NCBI GenBank assembly: GCA_030704615.1
Contig: CM060732.1
Location: 20,460,001 to 20,524,000 of the forward strand
From: Takakia lepidozioides
Lineage: Eukaryota; Plantae; Bryophyta
Length of the DNA: 64,000 bases
Direction: 5' to 3'
Position numbers and translations under genes: made by a program. The notes beneath the pieces were generated by a model, which did not search any database, was not told the origin of the DNA, and was given only the letters and a program-made list of their open reading frames with translations. How positions within the stretch are numbered: position 1 is the stretch's first letter; each line of letters starts with the position of its first letter. Shown here piece by piece: positions 23,801 to 36,879 of the stretch.

Positions 23801-26800
23801 GAGTACTTCCCATCCCCTTATTCCCTGCAGTTCTTCTGTCTAAACTGATTTGAGCACTCTAAGTGTACTGTTGCAATTTGAAAAATCAAGTCTTTCTTCA
23901 GTCAACCGTTCAGGGGCACAAGGCTTATGGCTATGGTACAGCAGATGTAAGGGTGGTGACCTAAACAAGAACTCATGCTAAAGAGAACCACTGTCAGTAG
24001 CTCTGATTTTACCGTTTGCTATCAACACGCAGTGAGGAGGTAAGCAAAAGCCTCTTCCTCCCTCGCAATGTGGTGCTTGACAAACGGCCGGAGTCGGAGA
24101 AGAGAAATCCCCAGACTATCATATCTATTCTGGACCAATTGCGCTCCTACTTATTACGAGCAAGCCCCACACCAGACGCCCGATTGATGCAGAGCATTAG
24201 TGAAGATATGGGGGTTGATGGGAAAGAATCAAATGGGACAGCACTATCGACCCAGGTACCTGTTAATGGAGAACAATCAGAGCACCAGGAACAGCTCAAA
24301 AATAAGCCTGCTATGCCATCACCGAGAAGTCGTGAAGGCAAACAATCAAAGATGCCTTCCCAGCTCGCCGGGGGAGGAAGGATAGGGGGCAAGGTTCCTC
24401 TTGTGGGTGATCAATCAAGGAACTTGGAAAGATTGCCACTTGGGTTCTTTGATGCTGTGTTGTTTCCTGGGTGGTCCATGCCCTTTCATATCTATGAGCC
24501 GTGCTATCGGATGATGGTAGGTGTTCTTTCCACTTTTACCCTTTTCAAAACACCTTGTCTTTAGCCAGGGGTCTCAGATTGGCAGCCAGCAGGCACTGAT
24601 AGGCTGGTCTGTAAACTGCAATAACATGTGGGCCATGACTAGGTGGGTCCTACAGGATTGTCGCTCTATTCTCTGAGAAACTAGACTCCAGCATAGCAAT
24701 GGTGGGGCTCGTTGATGGTTCTTAATCGTCTCTTGCATTCTCTTGGACGGTATCTGAAAAATTTGGTGTCGGGTAATTTGCAGGTACGGCAGTGTTTGGA
24801 GCAAGGAAAGCCGTTTGGATTGTCTAGCATGTGTGCCACTTCCTGGAACTCTTCTGATGTTGACACAGAAGAAATAATTGGCACTGTTGCGGTCTGTTTC
24901 CCGAACCCAGTCACCTCTTTGGTTACTTGGACAGGATGCTGTTGCTTAGTTTTTGTGGATTTGAGGAGAGGCAGAGGGGGGCATTACATGTTTGGGCATG
25001 TTCTCACAATGATAATCCCCACGAAGTACTGGCGTTGAGAATGAATGTTAGTGGGTGATGCTCTGGGATGGCTACCATCAAACCACGGTCTCAATGTAAT
25101 GCATTGTTCAACACAGCTATCAAAATGGGCAGAAGGGTCTTGTATGAATGTGAAGGGTGGCTTTGAGATTATGTTCATTCCAGCCAGCACTCCAAAACAG
25201 CCCTTTCTCAAAAGTGTGACATATTGCTGTGCTTGGTCACAACATCATGGCAAAATGCTTAAATTAGGTCCTGGGTATGGTGGAGGAATGGAAGAGCAGG
25301 AAGAAGACTTGTTGTGTCTAGAGGAAGTGGTGACGAAATGAGAAGAGAGAGACAGAGGTGATGTATCCATTCAGCAGTCGCTTGCTAGAGCCTAGACCCT
25401 GTGCCTGGTTTGGATAAAGAAGAAAAGCAGAGGAGGGAATTTAATTTAGCATCAAGTGGATTTTATAGTCACCCTACATTCTAGAGCCTCAGCTTTTGGC
25501 ATTGGGTCAAGCTGCTTAAGCTCAGTAGAAGGACGGAGCTACACAAGGCACTTTTACTTTGACCTTCATGCTAGTGCCTGGTGCCCTTGGGGATGGGTAT
25601 GAGAGACGTCCCCTGCTATGGATCTTGCTCGTAACTGAATTGTTGTGGGTGTGTGCGAGGGGGCACCAATTCTGACAAGCATAGACGCAGACAAACAGAG
25701 AGACAGAAAGAAATAAAGAAACAAAGGACCTTTACAACATCAGGAAAGGCCCAAAAGAGCTTATAAGACAGCAACGCATAATCATGAAGACCATTGTCTG
25801 TGTGTTGGGAGCAAGAGATAGATGATGTAAGGGCACTTTGTTGCAAGGGCCAGTAAATAGAACGCAAGAGGTTGAAACAGGGATGTTGATGGATGGTGCA
25901 GAACTTAAAGGTGTACATGTTTGAGAGAGATTGCCGGTCGTTCATTATTGCACATGGCATCCGGCGCTTTCGATTGACTGACAAAAGGTACAACCTTTTG
26001 GGAAGCTCCATTGCTGCCCAAAACATATGATTTGCAGTGCCTGTGGAAAATGCCTATATTACGTTTGCAGGCTACAGTGTTGGTTGTTCCTGGGTCTCAT
26101 AATGTGAATGTTGCAAGTTTGAATGCTATTGCTGCCAAATAGGTCTTATTGGCAATGAGTGGGATTTTGAAACCAGTGCATCCATCCCTTGGTCGTTCCT
26201 GGCATTGTCCTTGGTCAGACAATGTTGCAAGGTTCTGTGCCACTCTTTTTCCCCTACTCTTTTCCTTTTCTGTTTTCTCCCTCTCCTAAGACTGCGTGGT
26301 ATATAGCCTGTCTTATATGGTCCCTTGACCTCCGATGGACATAAACCTCTTCCGGTTTGTCTTTCTATAGGGTCCCAGAGGGTAGGCCCTCAGAGCTTTG
26401 TGTGTGACTCATTGTCAAGTCATCATCTATTCATGAATGAGTCTTCTGAGGTACTGGACTTTGTAAGCTTAGGTGACATGGATTCCCTGCTACTGTCTAT
26501 GTGATTGGTTTGGCAGGATTTCAGTACAACCAGGCTCCTTTGGTTTGAATATGGGGCAGGTATACTCTCATTCTCCCACCTCTCCTTGGCACTCTCCATC
26601 CAAACTTGGCAAACTTGTCACAAAGTAAATGGCCAGAAGACAAGCTACGTGTAACCCTCTTCCTTTCCTATCTAGTTTAGTTTCTATGGACTGCTGCAGT
26701 ATCCAAAAAAGTTTTTACACTTCTGTTCTGACGGTTAAATCCTTATTGATTAATTGCCTGGGCTCTTTTTCCTGCAACAAAGTTTCAGATAAGCGTGGTT

Positions 26801-29800
26801 GGTTTCAGGTGGAGTACTTTGATGATGAGCCTTGTGGAACTGGTGTGGACAAAGCGACGGTGCTTAAGCTTGCCAAGCAAGCTGTTGAAATGTGCTGCAT
26901 CGTTGTGCCTGAGGTAAACGGTTTCCTTTCAGCATTTGGTGGAATGGCGTGATTAGCGCATCTACCCCTCCCTCTTCCTCCTTCCCCTTACACCCCATTT
27001 CACCACACAGACCCCCCCTCGCCGGCGCCCTTTTATGCTCATAGCTTGTATTCCATGTAACTAGCCTGTAGCCGAATAGTTTTTAATTTCCTCGTTGAAA
27101 CTCCCCCATAACAGTACTAACCGGTACTGAGGACAAGGCTGAGTTGATTTGACAATGTGGAATGTGGCAGGCGCAGACAGCCCCAGGTCTGGTGGGATCT
27201 ATTCATGACCCGATGTTGGCATCATTTGCTGTGGGCCATCTGCTGGAAGTCCCGGTAATCACCCCGTCCCTAATTTGTCCCATGGACCCTCTGGACCTCC
27301 CGTGGAAGTAAATTCTTGCATGTCTTGCTCTCTCCCTCGGGGCCCCTTGTGGACATCTCTCTCTCTCTCTCTCTCTCTCCTTCCTTGAGAGGAGGCAAGG
27401 AGTTGTTTTATGAGTACAATCTCTCTCTCCTTCCCTGATAACAGGGGTACTTTGAAGGTTGCAATGCCCAAAAATGCTTCTAATAGAGTCTCACATCAAC
27501 TCAATCTCAAAGAAGTTCGTCCCTTGACTGGCTGGAGGGCGGTTTTAGACATTGGTGATTCAATGGGGCGCTCTAGGAAGACAACCAAGGGCAGGGACTT
27601 CAACTTGAGAGTTTCTAATCGGTTTGATGCTCTGGACGAGGTTGAATCCAAGCAGCCTGACGGACAATCTGCCCATAAGTGTACGGAATCTGAACGTCGT
27701 GTATCTGAAGGATTTGGTACTCTGAACGGTTTACCAATCCTCAAAGTTTACACAAGACGTGCAAAATCTATACATGGGGTAATTGTCACTAAGCAGTCAG
27801 ACGGACAACTTGTCCCTAAGTGTGCGGAGTCTGAACGTCGTGTAACTGAAGGATTTGGTACTCTGAATGGTTTACCAATTCTCAAAGTTTACACAAGACG
27901 AGCAAAAGCTACACACGGGGTAACTGTCCCCCCTTTGCAGAACGGTTGGCCGTCCAGGAGCAATCTTAAGCTACCTAGACGACAAACAATTCACATGCAA
28001 AGGGCTGGCTTGCGGCTGGCCACTTTCAACTTCTCAGGGCTGACTAACCAAAGGAAACAACTCGAAGTGGGACAAGTTCTTCGGACTAATGATATTCATA
28101 TCTGTGCTGGGCAAGAAACTTGGGAAACGTCGGATAAACTGGTTGGAGATGTCATTGGTTATAAATGGGCAGGTAAGATGTGTACTCTCAAGGCAGCCTC
28201 TACCAAACGCGGTCAAAAAGGGGTTGGATTCTTTGTCCGTGATTTCTTGTTTGACAATTGTGAAATTATCAACAAGGGGTTGAGGTACAAGCATAGTATC
28301 TGGCTAAAGCTGAAACTGAAGGGCGGCATGAGTACGAAGGACCTCTTTGTGGGTTGTGTTTACATGCCCACAGAGGGGACCCTTAGTGCTGACGCAGACA
28401 AAGCCTTCGAAGATGTAAAGCTAGACTGTGCTTCGTTCCTTGCCAAAGGTCAGGTGATTTTATTGGGTGACTTCAATGCCCGGGTGGGTAAAGGTCTCCA
28501 TCAGGATGATATCATTGGGCCTTTTGGTGAGGACGAGCTGAACTCTAATGGCAGACGGTTAATTAACTGTCTGGAAGAGCTTCAGCTTCTGGCCTTGAAC
28601 AATAGGGCAAAAGTTGACCAAGTGCAGTGGACTCGTGAGAAAGCCCAAACTGGGGAACGTTCCATTGTGGATTATATCATAATGGACAAAAATTTGTTTC
28701 CCCAGAGTGCCAATGTGTTGATCGACAGAACTGATATTGGTACCTCTGACCACTTCCTGGTTTGGACCGAGATCAAAAGGTGTTTTCCCAACACCAAGAG
28801 ATCTGTGAAACGTTCGATTCGGAAGTGGCGCATAGAAAAATTCCATAATGAAGAGGTCAAGGCTGAGTATGTCCAGGCCTTGCAAGAGGCTCTTCCTCAT
28901 TTTGTCCATTCGCTCCAAGACCTTCAGTCTTGCACAGACAATGCAACAAATGAAGTCGAAAGAGCAGTGGATTCTTGGGAGAGTTTCGTCTCCTCTGCGG
29001 CTGACAAGATCATTGGGAGGAAACTAATTGTCTGCGGTAGAGCTGTTAATTGGTGGACCAATGAGATTAAACTCAAGATAGCTGAGAGACGAGTCCTTTA
29101 TAAAGAGTGCTGCAATTTGAAAACCAACAAAGAATTGTGGGCGAGGTACTACCAGATCCGTAAAGATATCAATCTGCTTGTAAGGGCTCAGAAGAAATTA
29201 TACTGGGACAAGTTATACAGTGAAATAAACTCAAACCACCATGGTGGTAATGACAAGAGATTCTGGTTGGCCCTTCAACGCTTGTACAAGCCGAAAAGCT
29301 GTCAGCAAGTACAAGCGCTGAAGACTACTAAGGGTGCAGTGGTAACTTCATCGGTTGACATTGTCAAAACCTTTGAAACCCACTACAGTATCCTTGGCAG
29401 AACTTTTAGGTCTAACAGTGAGGGGTCCTCTGATGAATGGAAGGACACAGTTGGTAAAACTGTATGATTCAAAACAGCCCTGATGAACTGGAGTATATTT
29501 CAAAAGCCTACAACGCTCCCATTAGTTCTTCTGAGATTGTGGAAGCAATTGAACATCTAAATGGATATGAAGCAGGTGGTCCTGATGGCATAGTCAACGA
29601 GCTTATCAAGCACGGTGGCGATCCCATGACAGAGGCCCTAGTTCTCCTTTTTAACCTTATCTGGAAGACTGAAATGATCCCCTTTCGCTGGCGACAGGGG
29701 GTCATTGTCAATCTATATAAGAAGGGTGACAGAGAAGACCCGGGGACTATCGTGGCATCACGCTCCTCAATGCTGTTGGCAAGATATTTTGCAGAATTAT

Positions 29801-32800
29801 AAGTACTCGTCTCGAGGTTGATCTGGAATCTAGAGGTTGTTTTCACGAAGGCCAAGCTGGCTTTCAGCGAAACAGGGGCTGTGTGGACCATATCTTCACT
29901 CTAAGCCAGATTATCCAGGGAAGGAAAAAAGAAGGGAAACCCACTTATGTTTTTTTCTTGGATGTCAAAAAGGCTTATGACACAGTGTGGAGAGATGGTC
30001 TGTGGCTCCGCCTCTGGTCTTGCGGAATCAAGGGAAAAATGTGGAGAGTTGTCCATAACTTGTATGCCCACACCAAAAGCTGTGTCACTGTTAATGGACA
30101 GAAGTCTAACTTCTTTGACATAGACCAAGGTGTAGCTCAAGGATGTACCCTCTCCCCTCTGCTCTTCAATGTTTTCATCAATCAACTCCTCGAGGATGTG
30201 GAACGTGAGGGATTTGGGTTAAGGGTGGGTGATGCCACCTTTCCAGCCCTTATGTTTGCGGATGACTTCGCAGGCATAGGGGAGACTCCTTCCAACCTCC
30301 AGGAATTGATTGATTGCACGAAGAGATACTTTGATCTTTGGGGGCTAGAGGCTAAGGTCAGTAAATGTGCAGTGGTGGCATTCAACGACAGAGGAGAGGG
30401 AGGAAGTGATCTTAAGTGGCAGTGGGGTAGCCAAGAGATCCCAGTCCTCCCTTCCTACACATACCTGGGCGTTGAGTTTTCCTCCAACTGTAACTGGGAT
30501 GCACACATCCAGAAAGTTGTTCAAACTGGCAAGGGCAAAGCGCTGAGTCTCACTAAATTTTTTCACTGCAGAGGGATTAACTCTGAGGTCAAGAAAACCT
30601 TGCTTTGCCGCGTTATTAGACCTGCCTTGGAGTACGGATCTGTTATATGGGTTGATAACTCCAACCAGGCTAAGTCTCTAGAATCCATTCAAGTGGGGGT
30701 GCTTAAGGAGTGTATGTCAGCATGCTCCAAAACAGCCAATGTGGCTGTTCGGGGTGAGTTTGGCATCCCTTCCTTAAGCTCCCGACGAGATGAATTCAAG
30801 GTCAGATGGCAGTTGCAACACATGTCCAACACCAGATACCCTAAGGTTAATCGACTCTATATCTTGGAAACAGGACCGCCCTGTCAAACAGGCTAAGTCC
30901 TGGCAGAAGAGAGTAGAAGAGATTCTCAAGGATCTGAATCTGGACCGGCAAGTCTTGACCTTGCTGGATAAATCTGACTTAGAGACTGTAGTGTCCAAAG
31001 CCATGTCTGTTACCAGCAAATTGTCTGATGCAAATGAAGTTAGGCAGAAAACTTCCCTGAACCTGTTTCCAGTCTGTGACATGGGGGAGGATATCATGGA
31101 TGACCTCAAGGGTCTACCCACTCTCGGCACCAGACAGGGCAGGAAGCCTACCTTTGAACAGTAAACAGAAGCAGAGAGGAAAGGGAGCGTGCAATTGCCC
31201 GTTGTGTGGGCAACCCAAAGACAATATTCATTTTCTGATTCACTGTCCGGGGTACTCTCACCAGAGAGAAGCTCTCCTCCAATCTATCAAGAGAATTGTG
31301 CCTGTACCTCTGTTTACCAACTTTGAAAGTCTCGAGGCTGAGCCAAAAGCCCAGGCCCTTCTGAGGCCTAGTTTTTGGGCAAATCACACATAGATGTGTG
31401 AAGGGATTTCTAGAGGATATCTGGAAATCCCGAATTAATTCTATTTATAAAGGTAAGTCTTACTACCAATGTCAGCCCCTGACAGAGGTAGGTTCTGTCC
31501 CTTTGGTTTCCGCTCAAACGGTCAATGGCCACAAGGCTACGGCAAACAACGTCTTATGAGTACATTCTCTCTCCTTCCCTGTCTTGACCCTGCAGGATAA
31601 ATCTGACTTAGAGACTGTAGTGTCCACTGTAGTGTCCAAAGCCATGTCTGTTACCAGAAAAATTGTCTGATGAAAATGAAGTTAGGCAGAAAACTTCCCT
31701 GAACCTGTTTCCAGTCTGTGACATGGGGGAGGACATCATGGATGACCTCAAGGGTCTACCCACACTCAGCACCAGACTGAAATTTAAACTCAGGGCAGGA
31801 AGCCTACCTTTGAACAGTAAACAGAAGCAGAGAGGAAAGGGAGAGTGCAATTGCCCGTTGTGTGGGCAACCCGAAGACAATATTCATTTCCTGATACACT
31901 GTCCAGGGTACTCTCACCAGAGAGACGCTCTCCTCAAATCTATCAAGGGAATTGTGCCTGTACCTATGTTTACCAACTTTGAAAGTCTCGAGGCTGAGCC
32001 AAAAGCCCAGGCCCTTCTGGGGCCTAGTTACTGGGCAAACCACACACAGCAGGTTGATGCTTGTGTGAAGGGATTTCTAGAGGATATCTGGAAAACCCGG
32101 ATCAATGTTCTTGACCAAGGTAAGTCTTACTACCGACGTCAGCTCCTGACAGAGGTAGGTTCTGTCCCTTTGTGTTCCGCTCAAACTGGGCGCTGGGTCA
32201 ATGGCCACAAGGCTACGGCAAACAACGTCTTATGAGTACATTCTCTCCTTCCCTGCCCCTCACAAAGGTAATGTCTGTTCCCTTTTGTTCTCCCCAAACT
32301 GAACGCGGGGGTCTATGGCCTCAGGCTACAGCAAACAACCTCTCATGAGTTGGGGCAGACATTACCTTTGGCATACAACTTCCCTGAACTTGTCATCAGT
32401 TTGGGACTTGAGTGAGGTCCTAAGGATGATTTGAAGGGCTGACCTACCCTCGGCAGTAGACTGAAATTTAGCTCGGACGGGGAGTCTACCTTTGAACAAT
32501 AAACAGATTCAGAGAAATGAAATGAAATGAAATGGAGCTTTATAACGAGAGAAAAGGGAGATTGTCAATGACTGATGTGCGGGGGACCTGAAGACAATAT
32601 CTCTTTCCTGATATTATGTCTGGGGTATTATCATCAGAGAGCGACCCTGTTCAGGACCATCAAGAACATAGTCCCTGCACCTCTGTTCACCAACTTTCAA
32701 ATCTCGAGGTTGAGCCTAAAGCCCTGGCCGTGTTGGGGTCTAATTGCTGGGCAGCTCACACATAGCAGATTGATGTGTGTTAAGGGCCCTAGAGGAAATC

Positions 32801-33485
32801 TGGAAAGCCCGAACCAATTGTTTATACCAAGGTTGTCCCACTACTGGAGTGAGCCCCTCACAAAGTTAGTGTCTGTTCCCTCTTGTTCCACCCAAACTGG
32901 GCATGGGGTCTATGGTCACAAGGCTACAGCAACAAAGGCATGTGAGTACCATCTCTCTCTCCCCGGGCAAACATCTTGGGTCGGCATAGGATCTTTGCCA
33001 GATGCTTTTGGTCTAACCTCTTATCAATTTTGGTAAGGCAGTATACCATGGTGTCCATGCCCTTGAGGGTATGCTGTAGTCATCTCTTGCAGGGAACAGT
33101 GAGTGGTAGAACTCTATCGGCTTTTTGTGTAATGTTTCTTTCTTTCTTTCTTCCTTTACCCTCTTTCTTCCCCTCTCTATCAATTCCTTTTGACTTCCTT
33201 GTGCCGTCCAGCAGGGATAGCACTGTGGTTTAATGTGTTTTAATAGCGTTTATGGTTCATCACTGTGTTTCAATTGTCATGGACAAGACTGTCTGAATTT
33301 CTATACATCAGAATGTATGTATGTGTGCATGTGTAAATTCTTGCATCTCTAGAGATTCGTATCTATTTAGACGAATGTGTTTGTGAATGCAGAACCGGGT
33401 GAAAAGGAGGTGGTTAGGAATGGTAAGCACCAAGCGTCGGCTAATGGAGCAACTTCAGTTCTTGGAGGCCCAGACCAGGTTGTGA
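19555..33485 (+). CDS. 12-exon gene: FIST N-terminal-like domain (with a large insertion) fused to a LON peptidase substrate-binding (PUA-like) domain
   Basis: Phase-consistent GT-AG exons: 19555-20776, 21579-21896, 22246-22303, 23218-23357, 23721-23802, 24033-24516, 24784-24891, 25902-25987, 26517-26559, 26809-26913, 27171-27254, 33393-33485 (TGA). FIST-like motifs: PTLAVVFIS, PFIGCVSEGLV, LVLCMGHLPG, LSTVFPKSCRAGA, GVVGLAV. LON-N motifs: LPLGFFDAVLFPGWSMPFHIYEPCYRMM|VRQCLEQGKPFG..IGTVA..GIRRFRL..VEYFDD..SFAVG..KRRWL..STKRRL. The start codon is uncertain. Confidence 0.85.
20800..21170. repeat. (CT)n microsatellite plus the second copy of the dispersed repeat seen at 60-450
   Basis: Colinear similarity to 60-450; lies in intron 1 of the FIST-LON gene. 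Confidence 0.7.
27410..31580 (+). mobile_element. LINE (APE endonuclease + RT + C-terminal CxxC..H..C finger), near full-length ORF2, frameshifted, in the last intron of the FIST-LON gene
   Basis: APE motifs ATFNFSG, QETW, GDFNARVG, IVDYI, SDH. RT motifs GPDGI, QAGF, FLDVKKAYD, GVAQGCTLSPLLF, FADD, YTYLG. C-terminal CPLCGQPKDNIHFLIHC. Frame breaks near 29464, 29745, 30810 and 31135. Ends ..ttatgagtacattctctctccttccct. Confidence 0.95.
31581..32965 (+). mobile_element. Three further 5'-truncated copies of the same LINE, head-to-tail (31581-32254, ~32260-32350, ~32375-32965)
   Basis: Each repeats the 3' region and ends in the aaggctac(g/a)gcaa...tgagt terminus. The first copy is near-identical to 30950-31580 and the last is more diverged. 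Confidence 0.9.
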
Positions 33486-35539
33486 GACTTGGGCCTTCAG
33501 GGTTTTGACAAGCATTTCATGCTGGAGCATGACGGATAGTTTCAGTTAGAGCCCCCATTGATCTAGCCATTTTTTGCTATTTTCTGCAGATGTCTCCTTT
33601 TGGTAACCTTGCCAAGTAATGCAACGGATCCATTTTACTCCCACTAAGTCTTGAAACCTCCTTGTGCAACCAACAGGTGAGGTCGTCTGCAATTGTCTCA
33701 AGAAGAAATCTTTCTATAATGGTCTCTTTTGTGGCACAGATTGGGTCCAACCCTTGACGGATAGACATGAATGCAGTTTGTTAGTGGGCGTATGATTTGG
33801 AACAGGCGGCAGATTAGGCCTATCCACTTACAAACTTATTAGCCCTTGAATCATATTCAAGAGCCTATTTAGCTTGAGCTCTAGTGCCTTTGAAATCCCG
33901 AAATACTGGCGGCAGGACAAGCTCAAATATAAGCAGCTATCTTGATCCATGTCTAGGGCAGGGGCTCACCGTACCTATTTGTGCTGCTGCTGCCTCCAAA
34001 TGCAAACACACATACATTGAACAAATATTTGACTATGTGCAGTTTGCAATGCTACAGATGAGGTAACAGAATACCTGCAAGTGCAAGTGGGGTTGATGGC
34101 GCTTGACCTTGAAGAGAAATTCTACAGCTCCCTTTAAATTTCAGTGTGATGCTTACAGTGTGCCGCACACCTACAGTTATTTGCGAGTGCTAATGGAACT
34201 TTAATGTTATTAGTTTTCATCATGCACCATTCATTCACCTTTATTGTGCTTCAACAGGTGCGCCCCTTCCACCTTGAAGATTGAAACACGGGATTTTGGC
34301 TGTCCCAAAAACTTGTTCCCACCAATGTGGCATCCATCCTTTCAATGTTTTGGCAATCACACAAATACCCTTGCACCAAAATGACTGCTGAGCTTTAATT
34401 GGGCCCTTCAAAGCACCCACGTGTGCAGTCTACTAACTGCCCCATTTCATTTTGCGCCCTTTGCTCGCTTCTCATTCAGGGTGTTTTTCCATCCACATTC
34501 ATCCATGGAAAGTATTCCGTGGATGAAAATGGCTACACACATGCAGCACCTGCAGACCACGCACACACCAGAGTCAATGAATAGTCCCTTAAGAACCCTC
34601 CTCCCTCACATACAACAGGCACTGAACACGCAATGAAGTAACCAAAGCCTACACCTTGCCTGTATCTGGTGGGTAACACGCCAACAATCCCCCCAGGCTC
34701 CATGACAATGGGACAGTAAAAGTAAGTCCTCCTATGGCACCTTTGAACACAACTGCCAAATAGAGGAGGAATGAAGGTACTGATGCACATGGGCACTGCG
34801 GTCAGCTTCAAAATACTCGGTGATGACATGGCCTACAAAACGTGGCAACGATGATGACAGAGATGATGTATTTTTTCAGGCAATCCGGGCGGCTTCAGAA
34901 ATATGCGTTGATGATGTGGCCTACGGAATGTGGCAAGGATGACGTCAAAAACATTTTCATTTTTTTGGGCAATCTGGGCAGTTAAGAAAAACATTGATGA
35001 CATGGCCTACGAAACTGACAACGATGATGTGGCGACAAAACGTGAAAATATATTCAATCAATTAATGGTCCTAATTTATAATAGAGATTTCAAGAAAAAA
35101 AAAAAAAAACTCCTCCTAGAGCTGATGTAACTGGTAGCCACTTCATTATATGGCTACTGCTCTTTGTCAAGGTGGGTTCCATAAAGGGAAACATTTAAAA
35201 TATTTAAACATAGAGGCTAAACACATTTTAGCGACCACCGAAGGTCTGAAGCTAGTTTAGCGTAGAGCAGGAATAGGGTGCCATAGTGCCACGTTTTGTC
35301 GCCACGTCATCGTCGCCACGTTTCGTCGTCAAATGTTTTCAATCTGCCCAAACTGCCCGCCGGAAATACACCAATAGAAATTGCCGCGCCAACGTTTTCG
35401 GAACTGCCCGAAATGCCCGGATCTTGATCTGCGTTTTCCGCCATCGTTCACCTTGCAAGCTGCAAGCTCTCAACGAATTGAGGAAATCCATGCTGAGCTG
35501 AAGACTTGCTGAAGAGATTGTCTTGGTAGATGAAGGATC

Positions 35540-35620
35540 AAGCAAATGATGGGGAAGGGTGTCGCTTTTTCTTAATGTACGATCTGAAGAAGTTTGTCCA
35601 TCCTGCAAAGGTGGGCTCTT
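35540..35620 (-). pseudogene. Possible decayed ubiquitin-like domain fragment (related piece at ~43310-43395)
   Basis: The minus strand reads LQDGQTSSDRTLRKSDTLPHHL here and LHDGKTSSHGTLSKSHTLRLRL in the second piece, reminiscent of ubiquitin [20 protein letters not shown]. Confidence 0.3.
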
Positions 35621-35957
35621 GGCTCCTGTCAGTACCATGATTTGGTATTCTTCCTGATGTTTGCAAGGTTCTTGGGAGAGTCAGCTTGGTCTTAGCAGGC
35701 CGTGTTCAATCTCTACCTGCTCAGATGCACCGTGGTGGTTCTCACAGATCAATCCGACATTACCTGACTACAGACACAAACAGCACACACAAGAGGTCCT
35801 TTTGGGTTGATGGTCGGTCAAATCCTCCATGGGTCATGACACAAGGTCAAGGACAGTCTGGTGAGGGCACCTTCTTCTTCGACCTATTTCGGCTTGTTCC
35901 ATTCAGATCCTGGGTGCACTCCAGATTCCACGAAAAAGTCACTGCGCACAGCTGCAT

Positions 35958-36061
35958 TGGGGAATGCCCTATCAGGTATCCGTCAACTTACTCCAGGGGC
36001 TCGAATGTGGGAATGCCCTATCAGGTATCCGTCAACTTACTCCAGGGGTTCGAATGTGGGA
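35958..36061. repeat. ~49-bp tandem duplication
   Basis: gggaatgccctatcaggtatccgtcaacttactccagggg(c/t)tcgaatgt occurs twice. Confidence 0.9.
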
Positions 36062-36593
36062 ACTGGTGAAAGTGATCTGCATGATGAGGATAACATTTGT
36101 GCCATGAATCTCACCCGCATCCACTGGGCTGATTGTTGTGAAAGTCCATGCGTAGACTAGAATCAACATGTTCAATGTTGAGATGCCCCCGAGTTTCCTG
36201 TCACCAACTAGCATACCTGGCAATCTGTAATGACCAATAGAATCCATTTTTCAGCATTTGAAAGGAGAGGCATCCATCTCTGTGGCCCACAATTCCACTA
36301 GAAATTGCTCTACTACTTTCAACAATTCACTGAGCTTCCAGCCAATCATGATAGGAGGGATACAAATTGCTCACATATACAGGGGCTCAGATGGTCCAGG
36401 GCTGGCTTCATATGCGCTGAACTCTAAGCCAAATTACTTGGGGTAAAATTCTTATATATAGAGGCCACATTGGAGGGTTGCAGATGGTCCAGGGCTGGCT
36501 ACTCCACCCGCAGTCTCTACAATTGCCCACTTCGTCATCTCACTTCCACCTCTGTCTCTCTCATTCTTAACTCCCTCCTGACCCTCACAGCTA

Positions 36594-36730
36594 CCTGAAG
36601 ACAATATTCAATTTTTGACTCACTGTGCTGGGTACTCTGACCAGACACCCTCTTCAAATCCATTCAAGGATAAACTTGTGCATGTACCTTTGTTTACCAA
36701 CTTTGAATATCTCGAGGCTGAGCCAAAGCT
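36594..36730 (+). mobile_element. LINE 3' fragment (same family as 27.4 kb)
   Basis: cctgaagacaatattca..cactgtgctgggtactct..tttaccaactttgaatatctcgaggctgagccaaagc matches ~31215-31350. Confidence 0.8.
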
Positions 36731-36879
36731 CAGCCCCTTTCACACTCCAGTAGTGGGACTTACTTTGATAGAGCAATTCGTTTAGGCTTTCCAGATTTCC
36801 TCTAGAAAGCCCTTCTTACAAGCATGAATCTGCAGTGTAAGAGCTGCCCAGAAATTAGAACCCTGACATGGCTGCCAGA

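Noticed and set aside
26071-26117. Alternative exon of the FIST-LON gene after tttgcag
   Set aside because: It contains an in-frame stop in the required phase; 26517-26559 fits the phases instead.
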